Source of the DNA: Antedon mediterranea
Taxonomy: Eukaryota; Animalia; Echinodermata
Length of the DNA: 64,000 nucleotides
Direction: 5' to 3'
Assembly (NCBI RefSeq): GCF_964355755.1
Contig: NC_092671.1
Span: 27,230,070 to 27,294,069 of the forward strand
Below the pieces are notes generated by a model. That model was not told the origin of the DNA. It searched no databases and worked only from the letters and a program-made list of their open reading frames with translations. The stretch's first letter is position 1. Each line of letters begins with the position of its first letter. Positions 11,722 through 23,024 of the stretch are shown piece by piece. Made by a program: the position numbers and the translations under genes.

Positions 11722-12090
11722 TATAAAAGTATCTCTCGAGATCCCGCTTAGTGAATAAATATACTGAATTATAGATGAGGGCGTATCAATTTGATCTCTG
11801 GTGCGCGTGCGTACAACTGAGGACTAGTTGTGTTCCAACCGTACCACGCCGAGAATGTTAAAGGGTCGTTATCCGATCGAGTTAAAGAACAATACCATGA
11901 AAGCCCCAGTGGTGTAATGGTTAGGGCAACTGCATATCAAGCAGACGGTCCGAGTTCGAGTCTCGGTTGGGGCAACTTTTTCTCATTCTCACAGATTTCC
12001 TCATCTTTATCGTTTCAAAAATTAATTAAATAATTTTCAGTGTATCACCGGGCGGTTTGGAATTTATTTCTATGCCTGTTGTGTTTATAT
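11722..12090 (+). mobile_element. About 370 bp (TA)n-flanked repeat containing an internal tRNA-like gene, copy 1
   Basis: Near-identical copy at 14032-14396; partial copies at 11611-11690, 12456-12480 and 15193-15246 (minus). Confidence 0.85.
11903..11974 (+). tRNA. tRNA-like sequence, anticodon ATC (Asp-like); probably TE-borne rather than a translational tRNA
   Basis: Acceptor GCCCCAG/TTGGGGC, A box TGGTGTAATGG, anticodon arm CTGC-ATATCAA-GCAG, perfect T arm CCGAG-TTCGAGT-CTCGG, TTTTT terminator at about 11977. Confidence 0.65.
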
Positions 12091-12097
12091 ATATATA

Positions 12098-12301
12098 TGC
12101 CAACTCATATGCTGACTTTATCCAAATTCCCTCACTTGCACTGATGAAGGGCTAGTGTTGTCCGAAAGCTCTGCTAACTTTTCTGGCTGTTTACTTTATC
12201 GTTTTGATTTAGCTTTTCGCTTTTATTTTTGTATCTCCATTGAGATCCAGCAACTGATACCCACAGCATTGTCATTTTTTTCAGTAATTTGCCTTTGGAT
12301 T

Positions 12302-12322
<21 letters not shown>
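12098..12322 (+). mobile_element. PLE 3'/pseudo-LTR fragment, family B
   Basis: Contains a hammerhead and ends in (TA)n; partial copies at about 6449-6523 (+) and 15247-15319 (-). Confidence 0.65.
12136..12176 (+). ncRNA. Minimal type I hammerhead ribozyme (PLE-type)
   Basis: TTGCA-CTGATGA-A-GGGC/GTCC stem II-GAAA-palindromic AGCT-cleavage CUC-TGCTA; stem I has one mismatch. Confidence 0.7.
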
Positions 12323-12334
<12 letters not shown>

Positions 12335-12483
12335 TAACAGCAGAAAACTTGGTTACTTCATTTTCTGCTGTTATTTTATTTATTTATTTATGCTCTACCT
12401 TGGTATTGAGCACTCTATCCAAACGGTCTGAAAATTTCAACCTATATATATATATATTTCTATGCCTGTTGTGTTTATATATA

Positions 12484-14031
12484 CTAGATGGCACGCTCGC
12501 TTCGCTCGCGTACCATCTAGGTCGTGCCCACAGATGGTTCTCGAATACACGGTATTTCCAGCGAGAAAAAAATGGAGATTTCAAATGTACGTACCGCAGG
12601 ACTATAATACATTGTCGTTTACAGAAACGAATAAATATACACAATGATTTATGTAGTCAACCAAAATTAGCACCCTGGGAATTACTTCCGAGAGAGAAAC
12701 AAATTTTTTTTATTTGGACTCATTTAAACAAACCCAATTTGTGTTTTGTATGTAACATTAAGGGTTGAGGGATGGGGAAGAAGATAGGTACAAAGAGGAA
12801 ACATTTTAAAATATATTCTTATCCACTCAGTAACGAAATATTGTTTTTAATGTTTTATAGGCCTATAAATAATATACCACTAAATACAGTAAAACATTTA
12901 CGATTTAATACGGTAATTTGTTAAAACTCTCACTGTCATAGTCGATTGAAATAGTAAAGTACATGTAACGATACACCACTACGACGTTTATATATTTTTA
13001 AATTATTAAATAATACAAACGTTGAGAAGCAACTGTCAGTAATAACGTTTATTTATTTGTATATTATATGTTTATAATCTAACAGTAGGGCCTACCCACA
13101 CTCACAGTAATAAAGTTTATTTGTATATATTTTTATATTACATCTAACAGTACCAACACTCACAGTAAGAACTTTGCGATTCAAATTGCGATCAAAAGTG
13201 GTTAATACCTTAACAGTATTGTACAGCATTGCAATACTATTTATGTTTATTCTCCAAGGGGGCCCATAAATCTAAATCTATACCTCTATGGTTAAACCAA
13301 ATAATTTGGAATGTTTATTTGTATATTATATGTTTATAATCTAACAGTAGGGCCTACCCACACTCACAGTAATAAAGTTTATTTGTATATATTTTTATAT
13401 TACATCTAACAGTACCAACACTCACAGTAAGACATTTGCGATTCAAATTGCGATCAAAAGTGGTTAATACCTTAACAGTATTGTACAGCATTGCAATACT
13501 ATTTATGTTTATTCTCCAAGGAGGCCCATAAATCTAAATCTATACCTGTATGGTTAAACCAAATAATTTGGAATGTTCCATTCATCACAAATCAATACAT
13601 TTGTAAAAACGTATATTAAATGTATCAAAATAGTATTTTTTAAAGAAAATCGGCCTGTCTTCAACATTATGATGCTGTACTCAAACTGTTCAACCGGTTT
13701 TCAGCTATTAAAAACAATTATCGTAGGAGGAGATAGAAAAATGCGAAGCCTCCTCGCATTTTTGTGGCGGGTATTTTTCAAGATGGACATCCATTAGACA
13801 GTGTATACCACGATCGGAAAACACCCCTATTTGGGGCAAATCTTTGAACCTAAATTCGTTTTAATCGTCAATAACTAATTATCTAACTTAATTTAATTAG
13901 TAAACAGGGTTACATCAGGTGGTTAAAATCAGTACCGAAAGTACGAACCAACTTTACATACCATCGAGTAAAAATTCTAAAAGTAAGGCGCGATTTACCG
14001 AATTTTGCCCTTACGTAAATTTATATATAGA
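12484..14031 (-). mobile_element. Non-autonomous Helitron
   Basis: Minus strand 5'-TC...CGCGAGCGAAGCGAGCG hairpin...CTAG-3', inserted between A and T with no TSD; internal 262-bp tandem duplication (13052/13314); 5' part shared with 40183-42672. Confidence 0.8.
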
Positions 14032-14396
14032 TATAAAAGTATCTCTCGAGATCTCGCTTAGTGAATAAATATACTGAATTATAGATGAGGGCGTATCAAT
14101 TTGATCTCTGGTGTGCGTGCGTACAACTGAGGACTAGTTGTGTTCCAACCGTACCACGCCGAGAATGTTAAAGGGTCGTTATCCGATCGAGTTAAAGAAC
14201 AATACCATGAAAGCCCCAGTGGTCTAATGGTTAGGGCAACTGCATATCAAGCAGACGGTCCGAGTCTCGGTTGGGGCGACTTTTTCTCATTCTCCCAGAT
14301 TTCCTCATCTTTATCGTTTCAAAAATTAATTAAATAATTTTCAGTGTATCACCGGGCGGTTTGGAATTTATTTCTATGCCTGTTGTGTTTATATAT
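14032..14396 (+). mobile_element. (TA)n-flanked tRNA-bearing repeat, copy 2 (tRNA part 14213-14278 with T-loop deleted)
   Basis: Near-identical to 11722-12090; CCGAGTCTCGG lacks 6 nt of the T-loop. Confidence 0.85.
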
Positions 14397-15190
14397 ATTT
14401 ATGAATTAGATAGAACACGGGTGTCTATTACACGGTGTTTCACGTTAAACGATCTTCAGATAGACTGAACAATACTGTATCTCGAGGTGTTATAAGGCTT
14501 TAGTCAGGTGGTATGTAAATTTTCTTGTTATGACGACATTTTGAAATCAGTTCAGACCTTTTGTTTAACAAATTTGTTTTGTTTGCATTTAGAATACATA
14601 GCTTTTCATCTAAACAAAGACTACAACGCCCATAAGCGGCGTTCTTAGTGGAGGAATATTTAATTCCTTTCCATTTAATTGTAAACATTACGTCATTACT
14701 TTTCAAAGACCATACGTACTTTGAGAGCTCGGATTCTTTACTGTACGTTTCTTTTTTGAAAGATTTCTTGTGATTGTTAAACCTAGTTTTAAACTGCCCA
14801 CCCGTCATACCAATATATGTCTTAGTTTCGTTATTGGTTATGACGTCGGCGGAGTAGACAATTTCAGATGCGAGGCATGAACCATTTAGGGGGCATTCGG
14901 GTTTGTTGCGGCAATTGCACGCACTTTCTCGTTCTCCGGTATAAGAAGAAACAGAGGGAGAAACATAATATGGTTCAACCCACCATTCAGTACGAACATT
15001 AAGACAAATGTCGCACGAACCTTTTTACAATTAATTAAAAAACATTTTCCCAATGGACACGTATTACATAAAATATTTAATAAGAACAATGTTAAAGTAA
15101 GCTATAGTTGTATGCCATGTTTAAAAAATGTAATTAACAAGCATAACCACAATGTGCTGAACCCCCATACAGAAATCAGGCAAAGAACAT
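14397..15190 (-). mobile_element. Penelope-like element (Naiad-like) GIY-YIG endonuclease end with an inverted 5' segment
   Basis: Minus 14920-14500 reads [15 protein letters not shown]...IVY...TYIGMT..FKTRFNNH...CSLCLDEK...LLNKRSELISKCRH; plus 14941-15189 reads [11 protein letters not shown]...[22 protein letters not shown]. Confidence 0.9.
14423..14465 (-). ncRNA. Type I hammerhead ribozyme in the PLE 3' UTR
   Basis: Reverse complement GTCTAT-CTGAAGA-TCGTTTAACGT-GAAA-CACCGTG-TA-ATAGAC: perfect 6-bp stem I, GUA cleavage site, about 35 nt after the PLE stop codon. Confidence 0.88.
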
Positions 15191-16119
15191 TAATTCTAAA
15201 CCGCCCGGTGATATACTGAAATTTAATTAATTAATTTGAAACGATATATATATAAATAAATCCAAAGGCAAATTACTGAAAAAATGACAATGCTGTGGGT
15301 ATCAGTGGCTGGATCTCAAAAAATGGGATTTGAATTGTAATACTTCTAAATGTAAAATTATTTCTATTACCCGATTTTTTTAAATTATATAATTAATATA
15401 TATATAATTAATAACGATATTCTTGAAGGAGTTAGTGAAATGAATGATCTTGGTATCATAATTGATTCTCATTTATCTTGGAAGGCTCATTATAATTATA
15501 TTATTTCTATTTCTAAAGCAAATGTTAGGTTAACGTGTTAGTTTCCATTGCGATTCATATGTAAAACGGGCTCTTTATTTAAGTATTGTTCGTTGTTACC
15601 TAGAATACTGCTCTACTGTCTGGTCTCCCAATTACAAAACTTATAAAAGACAACTTGAGGGAGTTCAGCGTAGAGCAACTACATTTATTTTAAATAATTT
15701 TGAAGCTGATTACAAATTCAGACTTTAAACATGCAATGTACTACCATTATATTATAGGTGTTACTTTACTGATATTGTTTTTCTTTTTAAGTTATTCAAT
15801 TCTAATATCATTAATAGTGACAATTTATTTAATATTCGTAATCCACGACGTGTTACTCGTAGCTCTTCTTCTGTTGGTACTCTTTTTGATAGTCGTCGCT
15901 GCAGAACAGAATCTTCTTTTCAATCAAAATCCCACGTGTTACCAGAATTTGGAACAACTTACCCGGTGAAATTTGTGTAGTAGTTCTTTTAAAACCAAAT
16001 TATTAAATTATTTCAATATTTATTTTTTCAATAATTTTGATATTGAAAATGTGTGTAGTTGGTCGCTTTCTTGTAGATGCTTTAATTGTTGAACGTATTG
16101 TTTTTTTCTGTGCACTGTT

Positions 16120-19100
16120 CTGGGTTGACCAACTAGCATAGGTGTTTAGCACCTGTTTGGTTGACCAACTAGCATAGGTGTTTAGCACCTGTTTGGGTTG
16201 ACCAACTAGCATAGGTGTTTAGCACCTGTTTGGGTTGACCAACTAGCATAGGTGTTTAGCACCTGTTTGGGTTGACCAACTAGCATAGGTGTTTAGCACC
16301 TGTTTGGGTTGACCAACTAGCATAGGTGTTTAGCACCTGTTTGGGTTGGCCAACTAGCATAGGTGTTTAGCACCTGTTTGGGTTGACCAACTAGCATAGG
16401 TGTTTAGCACCTGTTTGGGTTGGCCAACTAGCATAGGTGTTTAGCACCTGTTTGGGTTGACCAACTAGCATAGGTGTTTAGCACCTGTTTGGGTTGGCCA
16501 ACTAGCATAGGTGTTTAGCACCTGTTTGGGTTGACCAACTAGCATAGGTGTTTAGCACCTGTTTGGGTTGACCAACTAGCATAGGTGTTTAGCACCTGTT
16601 TGGGTTGACCAACTAGCATAGGTGTTTAGCACCTGTTTGGGTTGGCCAACTAGCATAGGTGTTTAGCACCTGTTTGGGTTGACCAACTAGCATAGGTGTT
16701 TAGCACCTGTTTGGGTTGACCAACTAGCATAGGTGTTTAGCACCTGTTTGGGTTGACCAACTAGCATAGGTGTTTAGCACCTGTTTGGGTTGACCAACTA
16801 GCATAGGTGTTTAGCACCTGTCTGGGTTGGCCAACTAGCATAGGTGTTTAGCACCTGTTTGGGTTGACCAACTAGCATAGGTGTTTAGCACCTGTTTGGG
16901 TTGGCCAACTAGCATAGGTGTTTAGCACCTGTTTGGGTTGACCAACTAGCATAGGTGTTTAGCACCTGTTTGGGTTGACCAACTAGCATAGGTGTTTAGC
17001 ACCTGTTTGGGTTGACCAACTAGCATAGGTGTTTAGCACCTGTTTGGGTTGACCAACTAGCATAGGTGTTTAGCACCTGTCTGGGTTGGCCAACTAGCAT
17101 AGGTGTTTAGCACCTGTTTGGGTTGACCAACTAGCATAGGTGTTTAGCACCTGTTTGGGTTGACCAACTAGCATAGGTGTTTAGCACCTGTTTGGGTTGA
17201 CCAACTAGAATAGGTGTTTAGCACCTGTTTGGGTTTACCAACTAGCATAGGTGTTTAGCACCTGTTTGGGTTGACCAACTAGCATAGGTGTTTAGCACCT
17301 GTTTGGGTTGACCAACTAGCATAGGTGTTTAGCACCTGTTTGGGTTGGCCAACTAGCATAGGTGTTTAGCACCTGTTTGGGTTGGCCAACTAGCATAGGT
17401 GTTTAGCACCTGTTTGGGTTGACCAACTAGCATAGGTGTTTAGCACCTGTTTGGGTTGACCAACTAGCATAGGTGTTTAGCACCTGTTTGGGTTGACCAA
17501 CTAGCATAGGTGTTTAGCACCTGTTTGGGTTGACCAACTAGCATAGGTGTTTAGCACCTGTTTGGGTTGACCAACTAGCATAGGTGTTTAGCACCTGTTT
17601 GGGTTGACCAACTAGCATAGGTGTTTAGCACCTGTCTGGGTTGGCCAACTAGCATAGGTGTTTAGCACCTGTTTGGGTTGACCAACTAGCATAGGTGTTT
17701 AGCACCTGTTTGGGTTGGCCAACTAGCATAGGTGTTTAGCACCTGTTTGGGTTGACCAACTAGCATAGGTGTTTAGCACCTGTTTGGGTTGGCCAACTAG
17801 CATAGGTGTTTAGCACCTGTTTGGGTTGACCAACTAGCATAGGTGTTTAGCACCTGTTTGGGTTGGCCAACTAGCATAGGTGTTTAGCACCTGTTTGGGT
17901 TGACCAACTAGCATAGGTGTTTAGCACCTGTTTGGGTTGGCCAACTAGCATAGGTGTTTAGCACCTGTTTGGGTTGACCAACTAGCATAGGTGTTTAGCA
18001 CCTGTTTGGGTTGACCAACTAGCATAGGTGTTTAGCACCTGTTTGGGTTGGCCAACTAGCATAGGTGTTTAGCACCTGTTTGGGTTGACCAACTAGCATA
18101 GGTGTTTAGCACCTGTTTGGGTTGACCAACTAGCATAGGTGTTTAGCACCTGTTTGGGTTGACCAACTAGCATAGGTGTTTAGCACCTGTTTGGGTTGAC
18201 CAACTAGCATAGGTGTTTAGCACCTGTTTGGGTTGACCAACTAGCATAGGTGTTTAGCACCTGTTTGGGTTGACCAACTAGCATAGGTGTTTAGCACCTG
18301 TCTGGGTTGGCCAACTAGCATAGGTGTTTAGCACCTGTTTGGGTTGACCAACTAGCATAGGTGTTTACCACCTGTTTGGGTTGGCCAACTAGCATAGGTG
18401 TTTAGCACCTGTTTGGGTTGACCAACTAGCATAGGTGTTTAGCACCTGTTTGGGTTGGCCAACTAGCATAGGTGTTTAGCACCTGTTTGGGTTGACCAAC
18501 TAGCATAGGTGTTTAGCACCTGTTTGGGTTGGCCAACTAGCATAGGTGTTTAGCACCTGTTTGGGTTGACCAACTAGCATAGGTGTTTAGCACCTGTTTG
18601 GGTTGGCCAACTAGCATAGGTGTTTAGCACCTGTTTGGGTTGACCAACTAGCATAGGTGTTTAGCACCTGTTTGGGTTTACCAACTAGCATAGGTGTTTA
18701 GCACCTGTTTGGGTTGACCAACTAGCATAGGTGTTTAGCACCTGTTTGGGTTGGCCAACTAGCATAGGTGTTTAGCACCTGTTTGGGTTGACCAACTAGC
18801 ATAGGTGTTTAGCACCTGTTTGGGTTGGCCAACTAGCATAGGTGTTTAGCACCTGTTTGGGTTGACCAACTAGCATAGGTGTTTAGCACCTGTTTGGGTT
18901 GGCCAACTAGCATAGGTGTTTAGCACCTGTTTGGGTTGACCAACTAGCATAGGTGTTTAGCACCTGTTTGGGTTGACCAACTAGCATAGGTGTTTAGCAC
19001 CTGTTTGGGTTGACCAACTAGCATAGGTGTTTAGCACCTGTTTGGGTTGACCAACTAGCATAGGTGTTTAGCACCTGTTTGGGTTGACCAACTAGCATAG

Positions 19101-22100
19101 GTGTTTAGCACCTGTTTGGGTTTGATTGAAATATATATTTATACTGGGTAACCTCTTCAGTCAATGACTGGTCTCCCAGAGGGCCCAGTTGGTGATCAGT
19201 GGCTGTGATGTACTAATACACCGGGGTAACCCCCTACTCGTCTCGAAAGATGTACTAGGTTCTTTAAAGTGCACACGAGCCAGATGTGTACACTGGACCT
19301 ACGGTTTATAGTCCTTATCCGAGAAGACTCGTTCTACCACCAGAACCATGGAGTGAGTGAGCCTCGAACCCCTGCCGTTGTTATGGCTAGGTAATTACGG
19401 TTCCACTGTCTTAACCGCTCGGCCATTGACCAACTAGCATAGGTGTTTAGCACCTGTTTGGGTTGACCAACTAGCATAGGTGTTTAGCACCTGTTTGGGT
19501 TGAACAACTAGCATAGGTGTTTAGCACCTGTTTGGGTTGACCAACTAGCATAGGTGTTTAGCACCTGTTTGGGTTGACCAACTAGCATAGGTGTTTAGCA
19601 CCTGTTTGGGTTGGCCAACTAGCATAGGTGTTTAGCACCTGTTTGGGTTGGCCAACTAGCATAGGTGTTTAGCACCTGTTTGGGTTGACCAACTAGCATA
19701 GGTGTTTAGCACCTGTTTGGGTTGGCCAACTAGCATAGGTGTTTAGCACCTGTTTGGGTTGACCAACTAGCATAGGTGTTTAGCACCTGTTTGGGTTGAC
19801 CAACTAGCATAGGTGTTTAGCACCTGTTTGGGTTGACCAACTAGCATAGGTGTTTAGCACCTGTTTGGGTTGGCCAACTAGCATAGGTGTTTAGCACCTG
19901 TTTGGGTTGACCAACTAGCATAGGTGTTTAGCACCTGTTTGGGTTGACCAACTAGCATAGGTGTTTAGCACCTGTTTGGGTTGACCAACTAGCATAGGTG
20001 TTTAGCACCTGTTTGGGTTGACCAACTAGCATAGGTGTTTAGCACCTGTCTGGGTTGGCCAACTAGCATAGGTGTTTAGCACCTGTTTGGGTTGACCAAC
20101 TAGCATAGGTGTTTAGCACCTGTTTGGGTTGGCCAACTAGCATAGGTGTTTAGCACCTGTTTGGGTTGACCAACTAGCATAGGTGTTTAGCACCTGTTTG
20201 GGTTGACCAACTAGCATAGGTGTTTAGCACCTGTTTGGGTTGACCAACTAGCATAGGTGTTTAGCACCTGTTTGGGTTGACCAACTAGCATAGGTGTTTA
20301 GCACCTGTCTGGGTTGGCCAACTAGCATAGGTGTTTAGCACCTGTTTGGGTTGACCAACTAGCATAGGTGTTTAGCACCTGTTTGGGTTGACCAACTAGC
20401 ATAGGTGTTTAGCACCTGTTTGGGTTGACCAACTAGAATAGGTGTTTAGCACCTGTTTGGGTTTACCAACTAGCATAGGTGTTTAGCACCTGTTTGGGTT
20501 GACCAACTAGCATAGGTGTTTAGCACCTGTTTGGGTTGACCAACTAGCATAGGTGTTTAGCACCTGTTTGGGTTGGCCAACTAGCATAGGTGTTTAGCAC
20601 CTGTTTGGGTTGGCCAACTAGCATAGGTGTTTAGCACCTGTTTGGGTTGACCAACTAGCATAGGTGTTTAGCACCTGTTTGGGTTGACCAACTAGCATAG
20701 GTGTTTAGCACCTGTTTGGGTTGACCAACTAGCATAGGTGTTTAGCACCTGTTTGGGTTGACCAACTAGCATAGGTGTTTAGCACCTGTTTGGGTTGACC
20801 AACTAGCATAGGTGTTTAGCACCTGTTTGGGTTGACCAACTAGCATAGGTGTTTAGCACCTGTCTGGGTTGGCCAACTAGCATAGGTGTTTAGCACCTGT
20901 TTGGGTTGACCAACTAGCATAGGTGTTTAGCACCTGTTTGGGTTGGCCAACTAGCATAGGTGTTTAGCACCTGTTTGGGTTGACCAACTAGCATAGGTGT
21001 TTAGCACCTGTTTGGGTTGGCCAACTAGCATAGGTGTTTAGCACCTGTTTGGGTTGACCAACTAGCATAGGTGTTTAGCACCTGTTTGGGTTGGCCAACT
21101 AGCATAGGTGTTTAGCACCTGTTTGGGTTGACCAACTAGCATAGGTGTTTAGCACCTGTTTGGGTTGGCCAACTAGCATAGGTGTTTAGCACCTGTTTGG
21201 GTTGACCAACTAGCATAGGTGTTTAGCACCTGTTTGGGTTGACCAACTAGCATAGGTGTTTAGCACCTGTTTGGGTTGGCCAACTAGCATAGGTGTTTAG
21301 CACCTGTTTGGGTTGACCAACTAGCATAGGTGTTTAGCACCTGTTTGGGTTGACCAACTAGCATAGGTGTTTAGCACCTGTTTGGGTTGACCAACTAGCA
21401 TAGGTGTTTAGCACCTGTTTGGGTTGACCAACTAGCATAGGTGTTTAGCACCTGTTTGGGTTGACCAACTAGCATAGGTGTTTAGCACCTGTTTGGGTTG
21501 ACCAACTAGCATAGGTGTTTAGCACCTGTCTGGGTTGGCCAACTAGCATAGGTGTTTAGCACCTGTTTGGGTTGACCAACTAGCATAGGTGTTTACCACC
21601 TGTTTGGGTTGGCCAACTAGCATAGGTGTTTAGCACCTGTTTGGGTTGACCAACTAGCATAGGTGTTTAGCACCTGTTTGGGTTGGCCAACTAGCATAGG
21701 TGTTTAGCACCTGTTTGGGTTGACCAACTAGCATAGGTGTTTAGCACCTGTTTGGGTTGGCCAACTAGCATAGGTGTTTAGCACCTGTTTGGGTTGACCA
21801 ACTAGCATAGGTGTTTAGCACCTGTTTGGGTTGGCCAACTAGCATAGGTGTTTAGCACCTGTTTGGGTTGACCAACTAGCATAGGTGTTTAGCACCTGTT
21901 TGGGTTTACCAACTAGCATAGGTGTTTAGCACCTGTTTGGGTTGACCAACTAGCATAGGTGTTTAGCACCTGTTTGGGTTGGCCAACTAGCATAGGTGTT
22001 TAGCACCTGTTTGGGTTGACCAACTAGCATAGGTGTTTAGCACCTGTTTGGGTTGGCCAACTAGCATAGGTGTTTAGCACCTGTTTGGGTTGACCAACTA

Positions 22101-22680
22101 GCATAGGTGTTTAGCACCTGTTTGGGTTGGCCAACTAGCATAGGTGTTTAGCACCTGTTTGGGTTGACCAACTAGCATAGGTGTTTAGCACCTGTCTGGG
22201 TTGACCAACTAGCATAGGTGTTTAGCACCTGTTTGGGTTGACCAACTAGCATAGGTGTTTAGCACCTGTTTGGGTTGACCAACTAGCATAGGTGTTTAGC
22301 ACCTGTTTGGGTTGACCAACTAGCATAGGTGTTTAGCACCTGTTTGGGTTGACCAACTAGCATAGGTGTTTAGCACCTGTTTGGGTTGACCAACTAGCAT
22401 AGGTGTTTAGCACCTGTTTGGGTAGACCAACTAGCATAGGTGTTTAGCACCTGTTTGGGTTGACCAACTAGCATAGGTGTTTAGCACCTGTTTGGGTTGA
22501 CCAACTAGTATAGGTGTTTAGCACCTGTTTGGGTTGACCAACTAGCATAGGTGTTTAGCACCTGTTTGGGTTGACCAACTAGCATAGGTGTTTAGCACCT
22601 GTTTGGGTTGGCCAACTAGCATAGGTGTTTAGCACCTGTTTGGGTTGACCAACTAGCATAGGTGTTTAGCACCTGTTTGG
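16120..22680. repeat. Satellite, 37-bp unit GGGTTGACCAACTAGCATAGGTGTTTAGCACCTGTTT, about 170 copies
   Basis: Head-to-tail units, period 37 (e.g. 16201 and 16238), few variants (GACC/GGCC/TACC, GTCTGGG); interrupted by a SINE at 19122-19425. Confidence 0.98.
19122..19425 (-). mobile_element. tRNA-derived SINE inserted in the satellite
   Basis: Matches 36773-37092 but lacks the first about 9 nt; short CAAT tail. Confidence 0.9.
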
Positions 22681-23024
22681 TCTTTCCTTGCCGTTTATAC
22701 TTGTTTTGTCTTCTTTTTGTATTGTGTATGGCAGAAAATTGAATAAATAAAACATACTAAATATAGCAGTTGTAGGCCTATACTATGGAATAGAAAAACA
22801 AAGTTTACTGAAAATCTGAGTAAACCTTTGACTTCAATTGTTGTATTTTAATATAGCCGCATGCGAGACACCTTGAAAATGGAAGTTAGTTTTTCAAAAT
22901 AAATACAATAACATCTGTTTTAATCCGAAACAAGTTTTTCAATATATACCGACTCCCGAGTGTAACTAAAAGATACACATTTAAAAAAAATGTAATCAAC
23001 ATAAGGTCACAAAAACATACTTAA

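Larger units (their letters stand above)
15325..22760 (+). mobile_element. Decayed 5'-truncated L2/CR1-group LINE whose 3' UTR contains the satellite
   Basis: Fragments DLGIIIDSHLSWKAH, EYCSTVWSP..K...QLEGVQRRAT at 15440-15690; U-rich UTR resumes after the array and ends at AATAAA about 22742. Confidence 0.75.

Noticed and set aside
11810-11905. Hammerhead in the tRNA-bearing element (CTGAGGA...GAAA)
   Set aside because: Stems I-III cannot be formed convincingly.
11830-12033. Duplicated 65-67 aa ORFs (also 14140-14337, 34549-34831, 36133-36430) as small genes
   Set aside because: They are by-products of repeat duplication, with no recognisable motifs or splice structure.
14500-14920. Selenocysteine-encoding Naiad PLE
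   Set aside because: The visible Cys positions use TGC/TGT; there is no in-frame TGA in this fragment.
16120-22680. CRISPR array (37-bp palindromic repeats)
   Set aside because: Units are contiguous with no spacers, no cas genes are present, and the context is eukaryotic.
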